Under the pieces are notes generated by a model that saw nothing but the letters and a program-made list of their open reading frames with translations, made no database searches and had not been told where the DNA came from. A stretch of DNA of 32,000 bases from Delftia acidovorans NBRC 14950 (GTDB lineage Bacteria > Pseudomonadota > Gammaproteobacteria > Burkholderiales > Burkholderiaceae_C). The translations under genes were made by a program, and so were the position numbers. Position 1 is the stretch's first letter, and each line of letters opens with the position of its first letter. Of this stretch, positions 30,361 to 32,000 are shown in pieces. The DNA is taken from contig NZ_BCZP01000003.1 in NCBI RefSeq assembly GCF_001598795.1, positions 150,001 through 182,000 of the forward strand, in the 5' to 3' direction.

Positions 30361-31419
30361 ATGACTTATTGCGTTGCCATCAAGCTCAACGCCGGCCTGG
30401 TTTTCCTGGCCGACTCGCGCACCAATGCCGGCCTGGACCAGATCAGCTCGTTCCGCAAGCTCATGGTCTACGAGAACCCCGGCGACCGCTTCATGGTGCT
30501 GCTGTCGGCCGGCAACCTGTCCATCACCCAGTCCGTTCGCGAGCTGCTGGAGAGCCAGCAACTGCGCGACGAGGCCACGGGCGACATGCTGACCATCTGG
30601 AACGTGCGCAGCATGTTCGATGCGGCCCGCGTGCTGGGCGCGGCCGTGCGCCATGTGTTCGAGCGCGACGGCGTGGCGCTGTCGCGCTCGGGCGTGGACT
30701 TCAATATCTCGCTGGTGCTGGGCGGCCAGATCCAGGGCGAGAACATGCGACTGTTCCAGGTCTACTCGGCAGGCAACTTCATCGAGGCCACGAGCGAGAC
30801 GCCCTACTTCCAGATCGGCGAGTCCAAGTACGGCAAGCCCGTGCTGGACCGCGTGATCACGCCGCGCACGCCGCTGGACGAGGCCGCCAAGTGCGCCCTG
30901 GTGTCCATGGACAGCACGCTCAAGTCCAACCTCTCGGTGGGCCTGCCGCTGGACCTGATCGTGTACGAGAAGGACCGCTTTGCCTCCGACAAGATCGTCA
31001 GCATCGACGAGAGCAATCCGTATTTCCGCATGCTGCACGACAGCTGGGGCGAGCGCCTGCGCCATGTCTTCGACAGCATCGAAGACCCGGCCTGGGAGGG
31101 CAGCGATTCCGCGGTGCCCATTCGCGTGCACAGCCGCCAGGCCCAGCCGCTGACCAAGGTCACCGCGCCGGCAGGCGCCCTGCGCTCGTCGGCGCGCAGC
31201 ATGGGCCGGCTGCCGCCTGCGGCGCTGCGCCAGCCCTATCACAGCGGCACGGGTGCAGGCCTTGGCACCTCCACGGCCGACGGGCTGGCCACCTCGCCCA
31301 TGACGCCCCTGCAGCCGGGCCCGGCATCGCCCATGCGGCCGGACGCCGGGCAACCCTCCGGCCACCAGCAAGGCTTGCCGGATGCTCCGGACCGAACCGG
31401 CCAGGAGCCCCAGCCGTGA
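30361..31419 (+). CDS. Anbu-type proteasome beta-subunit homolog (Ntn hydrolase) with a ~110-aa Pro/Ala/Gly-rich C-terminal extension
   Basis: MTYCVAIKLNAGLVFLADSRTNAG... has Thr2 as the putative N-terminal nucleophile. The fold-length core ends near ...LRHVFDSIEDPAW, and a low-complexity tail follows. Confidence 0.75.
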   Translation: MTYCVAIKLNAGLVFLADSRTNAGLDQISSFRKLMVYENPGDRFMVLLSAGNLSITQSVRELLESQQLRDEATGDMLTIWNVRSMFDAARVLGAAVRHVFERDGVALSRSGVDFNISLVLGGQIQGENMRLFQVYSAGNFIEATSETPYFQIGESKYGKPVLDRVITPRTPLDEAAKCALVSMDSTLKSNLSVGLPLDLIVYEKDRFASDKIVSIDESNPYFRMLHDSWGERLRHVFDSIEDPAWEGSDSAVPIRVHSRQAQPLTKVTAPAGALRSSARSMGRLPPAALRQPYHSGTGAGLGTSTADGLATSPMTPLQPGPASPMRPDAGQPSGHQQGLPDAPDRTGQEPQP

Positions 31420-32000
31420 ACGCGGCCCGGCCCGCGCAGCGGGCCGACAGCGATGGGGGCACGGGATCGGCACCGCTGCCCGTGGTCTTCTCGCATGCCA
31501 ACAGCTTTGCGCTGCCCACCTACCGGCTGCTGTTCTCGCTGCTGGCCGAGCGCGGCATCGCGGCGCAGGGCGTGGAGCGCTTCGGCCATGACCCGCGCTT
31601 TCCCGTCACCAACAACTGGCCCCACCTGGTCGAACAACTGGCCGAATTCACGCGCGCCGAGGTAGAGCGCGTGGGCGGTCCGGTCTTTCTGGTCGGGCAT
31701 TCGCTGGGCGGTTTCCTGAGCGTGATGACGGCTGCACGCCACCCCGAACTGGCGCGCGGCGTGCTGCTGATCGACTCGCCATTGCTCAGCGGCTGGCGTG
31801 CCAATGCCGTGGGCGTGGCCAAGCGCACGCAGCTGGTGGGCTCGGTCTCGCCGGGCAAGATCAGCGCCCGCCGCCGCAATGCCTGGGACAGCGACGAGGA
31901 GGCGCTGGCCTACTTCCGCGCCAAGAAGGTGTTTGCGCAATGGCACCCGCAGGTGCTCCAGGACTATGTGCAGGGCGGCCTGGCCGATGTGGACGGCCGG
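31416..32000 (+). CDS. alpha/beta-fold hydrolase, partial (runs off the right edge)
   Basis: My own translation from the GTG at 31416 (GTGA overlap with the Anbu stop) gives ...PLPVVFSHANSFA...VFLVGHSLGGFLS (GxSxG nucleophile elbow)...LLIDSP... It is open to the window end and is not in the ORF track. Confidence 0.7.
   Translation, partial: MNAARPAQRADSDGGTGSAPLPVVFSHANSFALPTYRLLFSLLAERGIAAQGVERFGHDPRFPVTNNWPHLVEQLAEFTRAEVERVGGPVFLVGHSLGGFLSVMTAARHPELARGVLLIDSPLLSGWRANAVGVAKRTQLVGSVSPGKISARRRNAWDSDEEALAYFRAKKVFAQWHPQVLQDYVQGGLADVDGR

Overview
This is a high-GC chromosomal segment. Protein content and composition suggest a betaproteobacterium, possibly Comamonadaceae-like, but that is an unverified inference. 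Visibly AT-rich foreign DNA interrupts it in two places.

Core genes, left to right:
- thiC (partial, with a TPP riboswitch), nitroreductase, cysE, a trmJ-like methyltransferase and suhB
- a stand-alone EF-G paralog, an ArsR-family regulator, a small helical protein and an XRE regulator
- fatty-acid hydroxylase/desaturase, LysR, SDR, cfa, a hypothetical protein, a DUF4349-like lipoprotein and a YcaQ-like protein
- mutS, an Anbu-type proteasome homolog and an alpha/beta hydrolase (partial)

Accessory region 1 (about 9671-15198) has two parts.
- Module A is a translationally coupled two-gene operon: a ParA/MinD-like deviant Walker-A ATPase and a 200-aa protein with an Rx4H (HEPN-like) motif. I rate it the best candidate for an undescribed defence or abortive-infection type system.
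- Module B has two peptidoglycan hydrolases and a small unknown ORF.
- A decayed copy of the 5' end of the downstream desaturase gene separates the modules. It shares an identical 25-nt core with the intact gene exactly 3400 bp away.

Accessory region 2 (about 23643-27540) is a heavily deleted prophage remnant.
- It contains a holin, a truncated SAR-type GH24 endolysin, an AT-rich cargo cassette with an unknown 171-aa protein and a 4-TM protein, an S24 repressor tail and an integrase N-terminal half.
- Its left edge abuts a broken TonB-dependent receptor gene.
- Its right edge abuts the AT-rich 5' end of mutS, where there is a perfect LexA box.

Two inverted copies of a ~315-bp intergenic element (5659-5975 and 18325-18640) keep four helices through compensatory substitutions.

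No rRNA gene, tRNA gene, CRISPR array or intact transposase or integrase was seen. Many long ORFs in the supplied track are antisense shadows typical of high-GC DNA.
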